A stretch of DNA of 64,000 bases from an uncultured Gemmatimonadaceae bacterium (GCA_964492085.1 CAZBHZ010000001.1:131678-195677), one strand, 5' to 3'; shown: positions 38,286 through 48,362, counted from the first letter of the stretch. Translations and numbers: made by a program. The notes: generated by a model not told the origin, from the sequence alone.

Positions 38286-38912
38286 ATGAGGCGGTGCGGC
38301 GTTCCGGGGCGTTCCGCGGTTACGGCAGCCGCGCTCGGACTTGGACTCGCGGCAGTGCCCATCGAGCTCATGGCGCAGTCGGGTCCTTCCCGGGACGTGC
38401 TGCGCGTCGAGGCATCTGAAGCGTACTACGCGCTCCCGGATTCGTCCCTTTCGGGTGTAATCGAGCGCTTGAACCGGACCCGCCTCGAGGGCGCGGGTGG
38501 GCAGATGTCTCAGGGCCTTACGGAGTACCACATCCAACCGACCTGGCGACCCGCGGGGGCTGATGGTCGGTGTCGGGTCTCGGACCTGACCGTGACCGTG
38601 CAGGTGCGTATCACCTTGCCATCATGGCCCGGCCAGGCGGGGCGGCCCGCAGAGGAGCAGGCATCCTGGCGTGCGATCGAGGACGCCATCCGCACGCACG
38701 AATATCGCCATCGCGATCTGACGGTTGACGCCGCCCGGTCCCTGGCTGCCAACCTGGCACGACTTCGAACTCGGGGCTGCAGGGCATTGGAGCAGGCGTT
38801 TGCCGGGGAGGTCGCGCTGGCCGACGAGCGGCTGGAGGAAGCACACGCCCAGCTGGATCGGGACACGCCTTCGCGACTCTCCGTGGGGCGCCGGGAAGGC
38901 GGCGCTCGCTGA
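38286..38912 (+). CDS. DUF922-like predicted secreted Zn-dependent protease
   Basis: Signal-like N-terminus. The pattern YY.L.G.S...L...l....GP....a.T.W.i.W......C.v..v.V...I.LP.W followed by HEYRH matches my recollection of DUF922/COG5661. Confidence 0.55.
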   Translation: MRRCGVPGRSAVTAAALGLGLAAVPIELMAQSGPSRDVLRVEASEAYYALPDSSLSGVIERLNRTRLEGAGGQMSQGLTEYHIQPTWRPAGADGRCRVSDLTVTVQVRITLPSWPGQAGRPAEEQASWRAIEDAIRTHEYRHRDLTVDAARSLAANLARLRTRGCRALEQAFAGEVALADERLEEAHAQLDRDTPSRLSVGRREGGAR

Positions 38913-38922
38913 CGGACGCCGG

Positions 38923-39744
38923 CTAGAGCAGGCTGAGCTGGGCCGGTCCATTCCGATACCGCAGCTCCTCGACGTCGAGGAGTGCGGTGGGGTGATCCTG
39001 TGTTGCCACCTCGAGGTGCCCTGACCAGCCGACCTTGTCGAGGGCCGAACCCACGGCCTCGAGTGCCAGCTCGGCCCGATTGCACTCGTTCGAGAGATGC
39101 GCGAGGACGATTCCTGCAAGGCGTGGATGGACAAGTTCCACCGCGAAACGGGCCGCCGCCTGGTTGGACAGGTGACCGTGGCTCGATGCGATCCGTCGTT
39201 TCACCGAGATGGGGTAGTGGCTCGAGTGGAGGAGGACTTCGTCGTGGTTCGCCTCCAGGACGAGGAAGTCGCACCCCGACAGCGCATGCCGGATCTGGGC
39301 GGTCGGTCGACCGAGGTCCGTTGCCACACCGAGCCGGAGTCCAGTGCACTCGTCGACGACGGCTACCCCGACGGGGTCCGCAGCATCATGGACGGTAAGG
39401 AACGGCTCGACCCGCACGTCTCCGACGTGGAACGCACGCCCGGGGTCGTACGAGTGAACCGTTTCCGTGCCCCTCAGGATCTTCGAGCACGCGGCCCGCG
39501 TGCGCTCCGTCATGTAGACCGGAGTGCCGTGCCGGCGGGCATAGACGCCCACGCCGCCCGTGTGATCGGAGTGCTCGTGGGTCACGACGATCGCATCGAT
39601 CTCGTCCGCGCCCACGCCGATCCTGCCCAATCGCTCTGCGATGGCCCGCCCGCTGAACCCCGCGTCGACGAGGACCCGTGTATTGCCCGCCCGGACGAAG
39701 ATCGAGTTGCCGGAGCTGCCGCTGCCGAGAACGGAGACTTTCAT
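38923..39744 (-). CDS. MBL-fold metallo-hydrolase
   Basis: LGSGSSGNS.., VVTHEHSDHTGG (HxHxDH), and the later ASSHGHLSN. Confidence 0.85.
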   Translation of the reverse strand: MKVSVLGSGSSGNSIFVRAGNTRVLVDAGFSGRAIAERLGRIGVGADEIDAIVVTHEHSDHTGGVGVYARRHGTPVYMTERTRAACSKILRGTETVHSYDPGRAFHVGDVRVEPFLTVHDAADPVGVAVVDECTGLRLGVATDLGRPTAQIRHALSGCDFLVLEANHDEVLLHSSHYPISVKRRIASSHGHLSNQAAARFAVELVHPRLAGIVLAHLSNECNRAELALEAVGSALDKVGWSGHLEVATQDHPTALLDVEELRYRNGPAQLSLL

Positions 39745-39751
39745 CGTGGCG

Positions 39752-40969
39752 TCACTGGTCCCGACGCCCCGCAGTCTTTCGCCAGGCGAGACGAAGAACC
39801 TCGATCACACCGGGCGTGAGCGCCTGGCCCCGCCTCGCCATGACGCGTTCGGTGGTCTCGAGGAATTTGTCGAGCCGGTGATCGCGGAAGTCACGTCCGG
39901 ATCCCCAGGTGAACGGCGGCACCGCCGTCGGGGGCATGAGGCCGCCGAAGACATTGCTTCCGGCACCGATCACCGTACCGGTGTTGAGCACGGTCCCGAT
40001 CCCCGTCTTCACGTGGTCGCCGAGGAAGCAGCCCACCTTGATGAGACCGGAATCCACGTCACCCTCCGGTGTCCACACGCGGACCGTCCGATAGTTGTTC
40101 TTGAGGTCGGAGTTCGTGGTGAACGCGCCGAGGTTCACCCAGCGGCCGACGAAGGCGTGCCCGATGTGTCCATCGTGGGCCTTGTTGTCATATCCGAGGA
40201 AGACGCTGTGCGCGACCTCGCCCCTGATGAGGCAGACCGGCCCCACTGAGGATGTGCCGACGGCACCCCCGAGGATGGTGGAGTCCCGACCGACATAGAG
40301 CGGCCCCGAGAGCCGGGCCGGTCCTTCGACGCGTACCCCGTCGTCCAGACGGATCGGACCGTTCCGGAGATCGAGGTGAACACCGGGCTCGATCACCGAC
40401 GCTGCGCCGAGGGAGACGTTATGATCCCCGATTCTGTGCACCCCGGGCGTGTCATCATCCGTAGGGTACAGCCGCTCCACATCTCGCCCGATGCGATGTT
40501 CGTTGGCGGCGATCAGGTCCCAGGGGTGACCCAGGATCGTGCCTTGGAGCTCGAGGCAGGGCCCGTCCTCGGGCTCCGCGCCGGGATCGCGTAGCCAGAG
40601 CTCGGAGGGCAGGGGGTCACCGTCCGCGACAATCCATCCGACCGGCTGACCATCGACGACGATCCGTGCAGAGTGCTCGGGGATCTCGAATTCCTGGAAC
40701 TCGACGACCGCTCGACTCGAAAGGAGGATCCGCATGCCGGTCTGGGAGACGTCGTCCGGCGTGATCGCAGGCGCCGCCCCCGGCTCGTCGAACCCGATCA
40801 GCGCCGTGCGGCTCACATGACCCTTGCACGGAGCTCCGAACGTGTGCTCCGCACGTTCTCGAAGGGTCAGGCATCCGTGCAACAGCTCTCCGACCGGGCG
40901 CGTGAGGCTCAGCGGTGCCCACCGACGGGCACGGCGGTCGTCGAAGAGGTAGAGCGACACATCCGTCAC
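39752..40969 (-). CDS. Putative sugar nucleotidyltransferase with left-handed beta-helix C-terminus (TIGR03991-like)
   Basis: N-terminus LYLFDD..AR.W.PL..TRPV.EL and hexapeptide-repeat-like C-terminal half. GTG start in a GTGA overlap with the manC-like stop. Confidence 0.6.
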   Translation of the reverse strand: MTDVSLYLFDDRRARRWAPLSLTRPVGELLHGCLTLRERAEHTFGAPCKGHVSRTALIGFDEPGAAPAITPDDVSQTGMRILLSSRAVVEFQEFEIPEHSARIVVDGQPVGWIVADGDPLPSELWLRDPGAEPEDGPCLELQGTILGHPWDLIAANEHRIGRDVERLYPTDDDTPGVHRIGDHNVSLGAASVIEPGVHLDLRNGPIRLDDGVRVEGPARLSGPLYVGRDSTILGGAVGTSSVGPVCLIRGEVAHSVFLGYDNKAHDGHIGHAFVGRWVNLGAFTTNSDLKNNYRTVRVWTPEGDVDSGLIKVGCFLGDHVKTGIGTVLNTGTVIGAGSNVFGGLMPPTAVPPFTWGSGRDFRDHRLDKFLETTERVMARRGQALTPGVIEVLRLAWRKTAGRRDQ

Positions 40970-42075
40970 GAGTCGTTCTCCATACGCGTGAGCAGGTCCT
41001 TGATCTCGGGTGCCCGGGATCGGGGAAGTACCATCGTCGTTTCGGAAGTCTGTACGACGACCAGGTCGTCCGTGCCGAGGAGGACGATCCGGCCGGGGCC
41101 CTCCTGGTATACGATGCAGTTCTGCCCGTCGACGACCCGGGCGTCGCCCAGGACCACGTTTCCGGACTCGTCGGCGGACCGGGTGCGGGCCAATGCCTCC
41201 CAGCTACCCACGTCGTCCCATGTGAATGTGGCCTCGACGACACCCACGCGGTCACTGCGTTCCATGACAGCCCGGTCGATGACGCTGATCGGAACACGCT
41301 CGAAGAAGGCTTCGTCGCTCTCGTCTCCGATGACAGGCAGAAGCGCAGAGATCTCCGGGGCGTGGCGAGCGAGCTCGTCGAGCAGCACGGATGCCTTCCA
41401 GATGAAGATGCCGGTGTTCCACAGGTAGCCCTCGTCGACATACCGGCGCGCGGTGTCAGCGTCCGGCTTCTCGTGGAACGCCTCCACCCGAAAGGCGCGC
41501 GCAGCTCCTGCGGGCTCCACGCTCGGACCAGCTTCGATATGTCCGTAGCCGGTTTCGATCCTGTCGGGCGGCACGCCGATGCTCAGCAGCAGTTCGTCGC
41601 GTCGGGCGACCTCCACGGCGCTGGCAACGGTCTCCACGAAGCCATCGAGGGGTTCGAGGAGGTGATCCGCATGAAGCGACACCATGACGGCTTCCGGATC
41701 GATCTGGGCGAGTTTCCAAGCGGCCCAGGCCAGAACCGGCGCCGTCCCTCGGGCCTGGGGTTCGATCCAGAAATTGTCGTCCGAGAGGCCCGGAAGTACC
41801 GATTGGAACGGGCCGGCGAGGTGGGCTCCCGCGAGGATGCGAATCCTGTCGTCCGGAGCGAGCGCACGCGCCCGATGGACCGTGTCGACGATCAGGGGCT
41901 CCGCACTCCCGAGGGGGAGGAGCTGCTTGGGCCGGGCGGGGGTGCTCGCCGGCCAGAAGCGTGATCCGATCCCCCCGGCGAGGACCGTGACCCACGTCCC
42001 GGGGTCAGACGCCGTCGAGGATCTCTTGGATTCGGGCAATGAGTTTCTTCGGGCTGAAGGGCTTTGTGAGGACAT
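40966..42075 (-). CDS. Mannose-1-phosphate guanylyltransferase-like nucleotidyltransferase
   Basis: VLAGGIGSRFWPAS..RPKQLLPL is the ManC/CpsB N-terminal signature. There is no in-frame ATG/GTG close to that motif, so the start is ATG 42075 or TTG 42039. Both overlap the upstream response-regulator gene. Confidence 0.8.
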   Translation of the reverse strand: MSSQSPSARRNSLPESKRSSTASDPGTWVTVLAGGIGSRFWPASTPARPKQLLPLGSAEPLIVDTVHRARALAPDDRIRILAGAHLAGPFQSVLPGLSDDNFWIEPQARGTAPVLAWAAWKLAQIDPEAVMVSLHADHLLEPLDGFVETVASAVEVARRDELLLSIGVPPDRIETGYGHIEAGPSVEPAGAARAFRVEAFHEKPDADTARRYVDEGYLWNTGIFIWKASVLLDELARHAPEISALLPVIGDESDEAFFERVPISVIDRAVMERSDRVGVVEATFTWDDVGSWEALARTRSADESGNVVLGDARVVDGQNCIVYQEGPGRIVLLGTDDLVVVQTSETTMVLPRSRAPEIKDLLTRMENDS

Positions 42076-42400
42076 CGTTCGCGCCCCCGGCGAGGGCGGC
42101 TTCCCGGTCGGCGTCCTGGCCCTTGGCCGTCAGGATGATGACCGGAGTGTCGGCCCGATCCGGGTTGGCGCGGATCTTCGACAGGATCTCGAGTCCGCTG
42201 GTTCCCGGCATCATCAGATCGAGGATGACGAGACCGAAGGCTTTCCGACCCAGTTCATCGAGACCTTGCACGCCGTCCGACGCCATCATGACGTCGAACC
42301 CTCCGGAGCCGAGGGCCGCCTCGAGAACACGTCGGATGTGAGGTTCGTCGTTGACCACCAGAACGCGTCGGTTCCCTTCGACGAGCGGGGCGTGGGCCAC
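42005..42400 (-). CDS. Single-domain response regulator (CheY-like receiver)
   Basis: VLVVNDEP.., phospho-acceptor context LVILDLMMPG, ILTAKG, and TKPFSP. GTG start preceded by GAGGTGG. Confidence 0.88.
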   Translation of the reverse strand: MAHAPLVEGNRRVLVVNDEPHIRRVLEAALGSGGFDVMMASDGVQGLDELGRKAFGLVILDLMMPGTSGLEILSKIRANPDRADTPVIILTAKGQDADREAALAGGANDVLTKPFSPKKLIARIQEILDGV

Positions 42401-42596
42401 CGCACCACCTCACAGGCCAAGTGTGGGCGAGGGTACCGTCTAAGCGGAAAGGCACCCTCCGGGGATGGCGCGGAACCTACCTTCGATATGGGGTAAAGTC
42501 AAGCAAATACGCGGCTTTTCGGGGTTGACCCCTCTTCCGCGTGCCGTGAACTTCCCGCACCCGCTTCGGTTCCCGTTCGAGGTCGTTTTGAATCAG

Positions 42597-43178
42597 ATGT
42601 CAGACCAGAATCACCGACGCCTCCGCGCGGCTTTGTCGGTCACGGGGGCACTCGCCGTGCTGCTCACCGCTTCGGCGTGCGACGACGACCCGTTCGCCTT
42701 CAACTGGACGGACATCCCCGACACGGTCCTGCTGTACTCCATGGCCCGTCCCGAGCTCGGCCTGGTGTCCGCGTATTCGTTCTTCCAGGGGTTGGAGCTC
42801 GAAGTGGAGGTTCCGAACGCGCTCGTGCAGTGGGATCTGGCGGTCGACACGCGCGGTGGCGAGATCGTCATGCTCCCACCGCCGGTTCTGGGCATCTTCA
42901 CCGAGGCCGAGATCGCGACGATAGAGAACACGCGTCTCGAGGATGTGACCCGTGCTCCGAGTGACTCCCTACGGTACGTCTCGGACCGGCCGGTGCCGGT
43001 CGAGTTCGGAAACGTCTACGTCGTCAAGACAAACCGCTCACCCGGCTCGTTCGGTCGGTCGTGCCGATATCACGCGAAGCTGGAGGCGGTCGACATCGAT
43101 CCCGTGGGTGGGACCTTGATCTTTCGCCACGTAACGAACCCGGTCTGCAACGATCGGGATCTCGTGCCGCCCAACTGA
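42597..43178 (+). CDS. Hypothetical lipoprotein
   Basis: The ATG at 42597 gives MSDQNHRRLRAALSVTGALAVLLTASAC, with a lipobox (LTASAC). No recognisable family. Confidence 0.6.
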   Translation: MSDQNHRRLRAALSVTGALAVLLTASACDDDPFAFNWTDIPDTVLLYSMARPELGLVSAYSFFQGLELEVEVPNALVQWDLAVDTRGGEIVMLPPPVLGIFTEAEIATIENTRLEDVTRAPSDSLRYVSDRPVPVEFGNVYVVKTNRSPGSFGRSCRYHAKLEAVDIDPVGGTLIFRHVTNPVCNDRDLVPPN

Positions 43179-43181
43179 CCG

Positions 43182-44462
43182 GTGCTCGACATTCGTCGGC
43201 TGCGTGCCGAGCCGGACGCCGTGAAGGCGGCGTTGGTGAAGCGAGACGCCACGCTCCCGGACGCCGTCGACGACATCCTGTCTCGAGATCAGGCGCGTCG
43301 GGAAGCGATCGGCGAGGTGAACGAACTCAAGGCACAGCGGAACGCCGCCTCCAAGCAGGTCGGTGAATTGAAGCGTGCCGGCGAGGACGCATCACACATC
43401 ATCGAGCAGACCCGCGCACTCGGACAGCGGATCGATGAGCTCGACGAGATCGTGCGGGATGCGGATGGCTTCATTCGTCACAACCTGCTTCTCATTCCCA
43501 ACGAGCCGCACGAACGGGTGCCCGTCGGGACGGAGGAGGACAACCAGGTCCTGTCGACGTGGGGTGAGCCGGCCACATTCGATTTCGAACCCGCACCGCA
43601 CTGGTCGATCGGAGAGGAGCTCGGGATTCTGGATCTGCCTCGGGGCTCGAAAATTTCGGGGTCGGGATTCCCGGTGCTGGTGGGACGGGGAGCGCAGCTT
43701 CAGCGTGGACTGATCAACTTCTTCCTCGATCTGCATACGAGGGAGCACGGGTACACCGAGGTGCGGGTCCCGTATCTGGTGAATCCGGACTCGATGACGG
43801 GAACCGGGCAGCTGCCGAAGTTCTCCGAGGAGTCCTATCAGTCGGAGCGCGACGACCTGTGGCTGGTGCCGACGGCCGAGGTTCCGGTGACCAATCTGCA
43901 CCGAGACGAGCTCCTCAACGCCGATGATCTCCCGAAACGGTACACGGCATACTCCCCCTGCTTCCGTCGTGAAGCCGGTGCGGCTGGCAAGGACACACGA
44001 GGTCTCCTGCGTGTCCACCAGTTCGATAAAGTGGAGCTCGTCCGGTACGAGACGCCGGAACGTAGCCTCGAGGCGCTGGAGGAGCTGACCCGTGAAGCGG
44101 AAACGGTGCTCGAACGTCTGGGACTCCACTATCGGCGTCTGCTCCTCGCCACGGGTGACCTCGGGCAGAGCGGTGCGATGACGTACGACCTCGAAGTATG
44201 GTCGCCCGGCGTCGAGATGTGGCTCGAGGTCTCGAGCTGCACGACGTTCACGGACTATCAGGCGCGGCGGTCCAACATCCGCTTTCGCCGGGCTCAGGCC
44301 GAGAAGCCGGAGTTCGTGCACACACTCAACGGCTCGGCCCTTGCACTTCCCCGGGTGGTGGCTGCCCTGCTGGAGACGTACCAGGAAGCGGACGGGAGTG
44401 TCTCGCTTCCCGAGGTCCTTCACCCCTACGTTGGCACCGAACGGCTGACCGCCGCGTCGTAG
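43182..44462 (+). CDS. serS: Serine--tRNA ligase
   Basis: MLDIRRLR.. coiled-coil arm and class II motifs (FRREAG.., RVHQFDKVE.., GSALA.PR). Confidence 0.95.
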   Translation: MLDIRRLRAEPDAVKAALVKRDATLPDAVDDILSRDQARREAIGEVNELKAQRNAASKQVGELKRAGEDASHIIEQTRALGQRIDELDEIVRDADGFIRHNLLLIPNEPHERVPVGTEEDNQVLSTWGEPATFDFEPAPHWSIGEELGILDLPRGSKISGSGFPVLVGRGAQLQRGLINFFLDLHTREHGYTEVRVPYLVNPDSMTGTGQLPKFSEESYQSERDDLWLVPTAEVPVTNLHRDELLNADDLPKRYTAYSPCFRREAGAAGKDTRGLLRVHQFDKVELVRYETPERSLEALEELTREAETVLERLGLHYRRLLLATGDLGQSGAMTYDLEVWSPGVEMWLEVSSCTTFTDYQARRSNIRFRRAQAEKPEFVHTLNGSALALPRVVAALLETYQEADGSVSLPEVLHPYVGTERLTAAS

Positions 44463-44526
44463 GAACGCTCTTCGTGCGGAGCTCCTCGCGCGGGGAGCCG
44501 TCGAAACGTCTCGATTCCAAGCTCCG

Positions 44527-45711
44527 ATGATTCGCATCAAGTGGCCCGTCGCCCTTGCGACGCTCTTCGTGATGCTGCTGGGTTGGTACCTCCTGTACAC
44601 CCAGCAGATCTTCCGGCGCGTCCAGGAGAATTCGGAACTCCTGTCGCGGATCTACACGGAGGTCCAGGAGGGCCTGGTCTCGCAGGACCAGGCCGAGGTC
44701 ACGCAGTCGCTGCTCGAGCTTCAGCGGATCGTGACCGAGTCGGGTGTCCCACTGGTCGTCATGGGGCCTGGCGATACCGTTCTGAGCCACGTGAACCTCC
44801 CGTTCGAGGTCGACGACCGGACGGTCGAGGGGCAGGAGCGGATTCGTTCATACGTGCGCACGCTCGACGCCGAGCACGACCCCGTCGGAGATCCGTTCGG
44901 CGCGCAGCACATCCACTTCGGGGACTCCCCCGAGGCTCAGAGTCTGCGCTCGGTGCCGTTTCTCCAGGCCACTGGACTCCTGCTCACCGTGTTCATCGGC
45001 TTCCTCGTGATCCGCTACCAGCGAAGAGCCGAGAGCGAGCGGGCATGGACCTCGATGGCTCGTGAGCTGGCCCACCAGCTCGGCACACCGCTGTCGTCCT
45101 TGGCCGGCTGGCTCGAGGTGCTCAGGCTTCCTGAGAGGGACCGACCGGGCGACCTGGACGATCTCGAGATCGCGAGCTCCATCGGAGAGGACCTGGAGCG
45201 ACTGGAGCGGATCAGCCATCGCTTCGAGCTGATCGGTACCGAGCCCGAACTGGAGAGCCTCTCGGTCCGGCAGGTCGTAGAGGACCTCGAAGCCTACCTC
45301 GCCGCGCGCATTCCCCGACTGGCGAAGAAGGGCGTCGAGCTCATCGTCGATATCCCGCACGGGTTGCCCCGCGTGAAGGGCAACGAGGTTCTGCTCGTGT
45401 GGGCGTTGGAGAACGTCGTGAAGAACGCGCTCGACGCGCTCGCGGGGCGGGGCGGCAAGATCACCATCTATGCCCGGGAGATCGGAGGACAGTGGGTGAG
45501 CGTCCGGATCCGTGATTCCGGCCCGGGTGTCGCCCCTGACGTACGCGACAAGATCTTCGAACCCGGCGTGTCGACGAAGTCCGGGGGGTGGGGGGTCGGC
45601 CTCGCCCTGTCACGCCGAATCGTAGAGGGTGTGCACAAAGGCAAGATCGAGCTTCTCGAAACGGTCGAAGGTACGACATTCCAGATCCGCCTCCCCGCAG
45701 CCGACGCCTGA
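44527..45711 (+). CDS. Sensor histidine kinase (two TM segments, orphan)
   Basis: H-box MARELAHQLGTPLSSLAGWLE and HATPase_c boxes (NVVKNALDA, DSGPGV, GGWGVGLAL). No adjacent response regulator. Confidence 0.85.
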   Translation: MIRIKWPVALATLFVMLLGWYLLYTQQIFRRVQENSELLSRIYTEVQEGLVSQDQAEVTQSLLELQRIVTESGVPLVVMGPGDTVLSHVNLPFEVDDRTVEGQERIRSYVRTLDAEHDPVGDPFGAQHIHFGDSPEAQSLRSVPFLQATGLLLTVFIGFLVIRYQRRAESERAWTSMARELAHQLGTPLSSLAGWLEVLRLPERDRPGDLDDLEIASSIGEDLERLERISHRFELIGTEPELESLSVRQVVEDLEAYLAARIPRLAKKGVELIVDIPHGLPRVKGNEVLLVWALENVVKNALDALAGRGGKITIYAREIGGQWVSVRIRDSGPGVAPDVRDKIFEPGVSTKSGGWGVGLALSRRIVEGVHKGKIELLETVEGTTFQIRLPAADA

Positions 45712-45729
45712 CCCCACCGCCGTTCACAC

Positions 45730-48018
45730 ATGCAGGACTCCTTCCTGAGCTCCGACGTACACCTCCAGGGGCTGAACCCCGAACAGCTCCATGCAGCGCA
45801 GCACTTCGAGGGTCCGATCCTGGTCCTCGCGGGTGCGGGCTCGGGCAAGACGCGAGTCCTGACTGCGCGGGTCTGCCACCTGATTCACACCCACGGTGTC
45901 CCGCCCGACCGTATCCTCGCCGTCACCTTCACCAACAAGGCTGCGGGCGAAATGAAGGAGCGCATCGGGCGACTCCTCGGGTCGGATCCCGCCGGTATGT
46001 GGGTGGGCACCTTCCACGCGATCGGAGCCCGAATTCTCCGACGTCACGCCGACCGGCTGGGGTGGGATCGGACGTTCAGCATCTTCGATGCGGATCAGGC
46101 TTTGCGGCTTGTGAAGACGGTCCAGGACTCCATCGGACTGGACCCGAAACGCTGGAGCCCGAAGGCGATTCGCAACGAGATCAGCAACGCGAAGAACCAG
46201 CTGATCACCGCGACGCAGTTCGCGCAGGAGCACGAAGGGTCGTTCGACCTCTATCTGCGCAACGTGGCGAAGGTGTACCCGGAATATCAGAAGGCCCTCG
46301 AACGTCAAAACGCCTTCGATTTCGACGACCTGCTCGTGAAGCCGGTCGAGCTGTTCGAGGCGATGCCCGAGTTGCTCGACCGCTACAGCGAACGATTCGC
46401 CTTCGTGCTGGTGGACGAGTACCAGGACACGAACCGTGCCCAATTCCGATTCGTCGAGCTGATGGCCGGGGGCCACACCAATCTGATGGTGGTCGGGGAT
46501 GACGATCAGTCGATTTATGGCTGGAGGGGGGCGGACATCCGGAACATCCTCGACTTCGAGGACGCCTTCCCCTCGGCGGTGACGGTCCGCCTCGAGCAGA
46601 ATTACCGATCGAGCCAGACGATCCTGGACGCGGCGAACCATGTGATCGCGGAAAACCTGAACCGGAAAGGGAAGACTCTGCGGACGGAGCGGGTCGGAGG
46701 TGAGTCGGTCACGATCCTCGAGGCCTTCGACGAAAACGACGAGGCACGCTGGATCGTCGACGAGATCGACACGCGACTGCGGGAAAACCCGGGTTCGTCG
46801 TACTCGTCGACGGCGGTCCTCTATCGCACGAATGCTCAGGCGCGAGCGCTTGAAGACGCGTTCAGGCGGGAGGGTGTCCCCTATCAGGTCGTGGGCAGCG
46901 TGCGCTTTTACGAGCGACGGGAGATCCAGGACGTACTCGGCTACCTGCGACTGATCTCGAACCCGCGCGATGGGGTGGCGTTCGCTCGCGTAGTGAATTA
47001 TCCGAGACGGGGGATCGGGCTCACGAGTCAGGAGCACCTGGCGCGGTGGGCTGACGAGCATGGAATCCCGCTGCTCGAGGCCGCCCTGAGAGCCAGCGAG
47101 ATCCCCAAGCTCAGGGCCGCCGGTGCACGGGGGCTGGAACGGTTTGCCGAGCTGATTCAGCGCTTCAGCGTTCGCGCTACGCAAGCGAACGTCGGTGATC
47201 TGCTCGAGGAGCTGGTGGAAGACCTGGACCTCGTGCGCCATCTCGTTGAGGAGGGACCCGACGGGGAGGACCGAGCACGGAACGTGTCGGAGCTGATCGC
47301 GGGTGCCGTGGACTTCGATTCCACCCAGGTGCAGAGCATCGCCGAGGAGGACATCGACACGTTCACGGAGCTGGACCTGTTCCTGCAGCAGGTTGCCCTC
47401 GTCGCGGACGTCGATCGCCTCGATCCGGATGCGGACACCGTGACGTTGATGACGCTTCACAACGCGAAAGGACTGGAATTCCCCGTCGTGTTCATCGCGG
47501 GGATGGAGGAAGGGCTCTTTCCGCTGGGCCGCGCCTACGACGAGCCGGATGCGCTCGAAGAGGAGCGACGGCTGTTCTACGTCGGGATCACCCGGGCGGA
47601 GAACAAGCTTTCGCTCTGTTGGGCCCGACAACGGCGACGCGCGGGAGACTTCAACTACAACACGCGATCCTCCTTCGTGGACGCGATTCCGGAGGAGCTC
47701 GTCGATGAGCGGCGGACGAAGCGGTTGAACCTCGCGGCGCAGTCGACACCGCACCGGAGCCGTCGCGCGTGGCAGTCAGATAGGACTCAGCGGGAGGAGG
47801 CTCCGTACGATTACGAGCCCGATCTCGAAGATTCGATGAATCAGGACACTCCCCGTTTCGTGAAGGGGGAGCGCGTGGTTCACCCGACGTTCGGGTCGGG
47901 GTCGGTCGTCGAGATCTCCGGTTTCGGCAGGGACCTCAAGGTCACCGTGGATTTCGACGACGCAGGAAGAAAGAAGCTGCTTCTCCGATATGCGGCGCTC
48001 GAAAAGGATTGGCCATGA
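45730..48018 (+). CDS. ATP-dependent DNA helicase, UvrD/PcrA family
   Basis: LNPEQ..A, Walker A AGAGSGKT, VDEYQDTN, and TLHNAKGLEF. C-terminal Tudor-like tail V.HP.FG.G.V. Confidence 0.92.
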   Translation: MQDSFLSSDVHLQGLNPEQLHAAQHFEGPILVLAGAGSGKTRVLTARVCHLIHTHGVPPDRILAVTFTNKAAGEMKERIGRLLGSDPAGMWVGTFHAIGARILRRHADRLGWDRTFSIFDADQALRLVKTVQDSIGLDPKRWSPKAIRNEISNAKNQLITATQFAQEHEGSFDLYLRNVAKVYPEYQKALERQNAFDFDDLLVKPVELFEAMPELLDRYSERFAFVLVDEYQDTNRAQFRFVELMAGGHTNLMVVGDDDQSIYGWRGADIRNILDFEDAFPSAVTVRLEQNYRSSQTILDAANHVIAENLNRKGKTLRTERVGGESVTILEAFDENDEARWIVDEIDTRLRENPGSSYSSTAVLYRTNAQARALEDAFRREGVPYQVVGSVRFYERREIQDVLGYLRLISNPRDGVAFARVVNYPRRGIGLTSQEHLARWADEHGIPLLEAALRASEIPKLRAAGARGLERFAELIQRFSVRATQANVGDLLEELVEDLDLVRHLVEEGPDGEDRARNVSELIAGAVDFDSTQVQSIAEEDIDTFTELDLFLQQVALVADVDRLDPDADTVTLMTLHNAKGLEFPVVFIAGMEEGLFPLGRAYDEPDALEEERRLFYVGITRAENKLSLCWARQRRRAGDFNYNTRSSFVDAIPEELVDERRTKRLNLAAQSTPHRSRRAWQSDRTQREEAPYDYEPDLEDSMNQDTPRFVKGERVVHPTFGSGSVVEISGFGRDLKVTVDFDDAGRKKLLLRYAALEKDWP

Positions 48019-48362
48019 GCGTGGATCGGGACGAGGTCGGACGGATCGCTCGACTCGCCCGCCTCGACCTCGAGGACGACGAGACCGCCCGCCTGACGGA
48101 AGAGATGAATCGCATCCTCGAGTATGCCGAGCGTCTGAGGTCCGCGGGCGTGGACCGGGCGGAGATGGACCACACGGACGACTCACCTCGAGCGGCCGAC
48201 TCCGGGAGTCCCGACCAACACGGGGCGATACAAGGCGCGCGATTGGGGACGGGAGAGCCCGACGCTCTGAGGGCGGATTTGTCGGCCTTCGCCCCTGCCT
48301 GGGATGAGGGCTTCTTCGTCGTGCCCCCTCCGCCCGGCGTGAAGGCGGACGACGACGCATGA
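48009..48362 (+). CDS. gatC: Asp-tRNA(Asn)/Glu-tRNA(Gln) amidotransferase subunit C
   Basis: VGRIARLARLDLEDDE..L...MN.ILEY. It overlaps the helicase stop by 10 nt (an alternative ATG is at 48015). Confidence 0.85.
   Translation: MAMSVDRDEVGRIARLARLDLEDDETARLTEEMNRILEYAERLRSAGVDRAEMDHTDDSPRAADSGSPDQHGAIQGARLGTGEPDALRADLSAFAPAWDEGFFVVPPPPGVKADDDA

Noticed and set aside
42401-42596. 196-nt spacer with an AT-richer patch (ggtaaagtcaagcaaatacg) and a GGGG-ttga-CCCC mini-hairpin, considered as an sRNA or riboswitch.
   Set aside because: Only a 4-bp stem is present, with no terminator and no recognisable riboswitch core. It is most simply the divergent promoter region for the response-regulator operon and the lipoprotein-serS genes.
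45724-47754. 676-aa ORF antisense to the UvrD/PcrA helicase gene. Similar long antisense or shadow ORFs occur at 58708..60306, 13224..14885, 19324..21009, 23380..24852, 15806..17581, 17699..19132, 8188..9645, 25174..26478 and 14997..16319.
   Set aside because: Each lies entirely opposite or out of frame to a gene with unmistakable family motifs. Each has Arg/Pro/Gly-rich, low-information composition and lacks recognisable domains. Long stop-free antisense frames are expected in GC-rich DNA.
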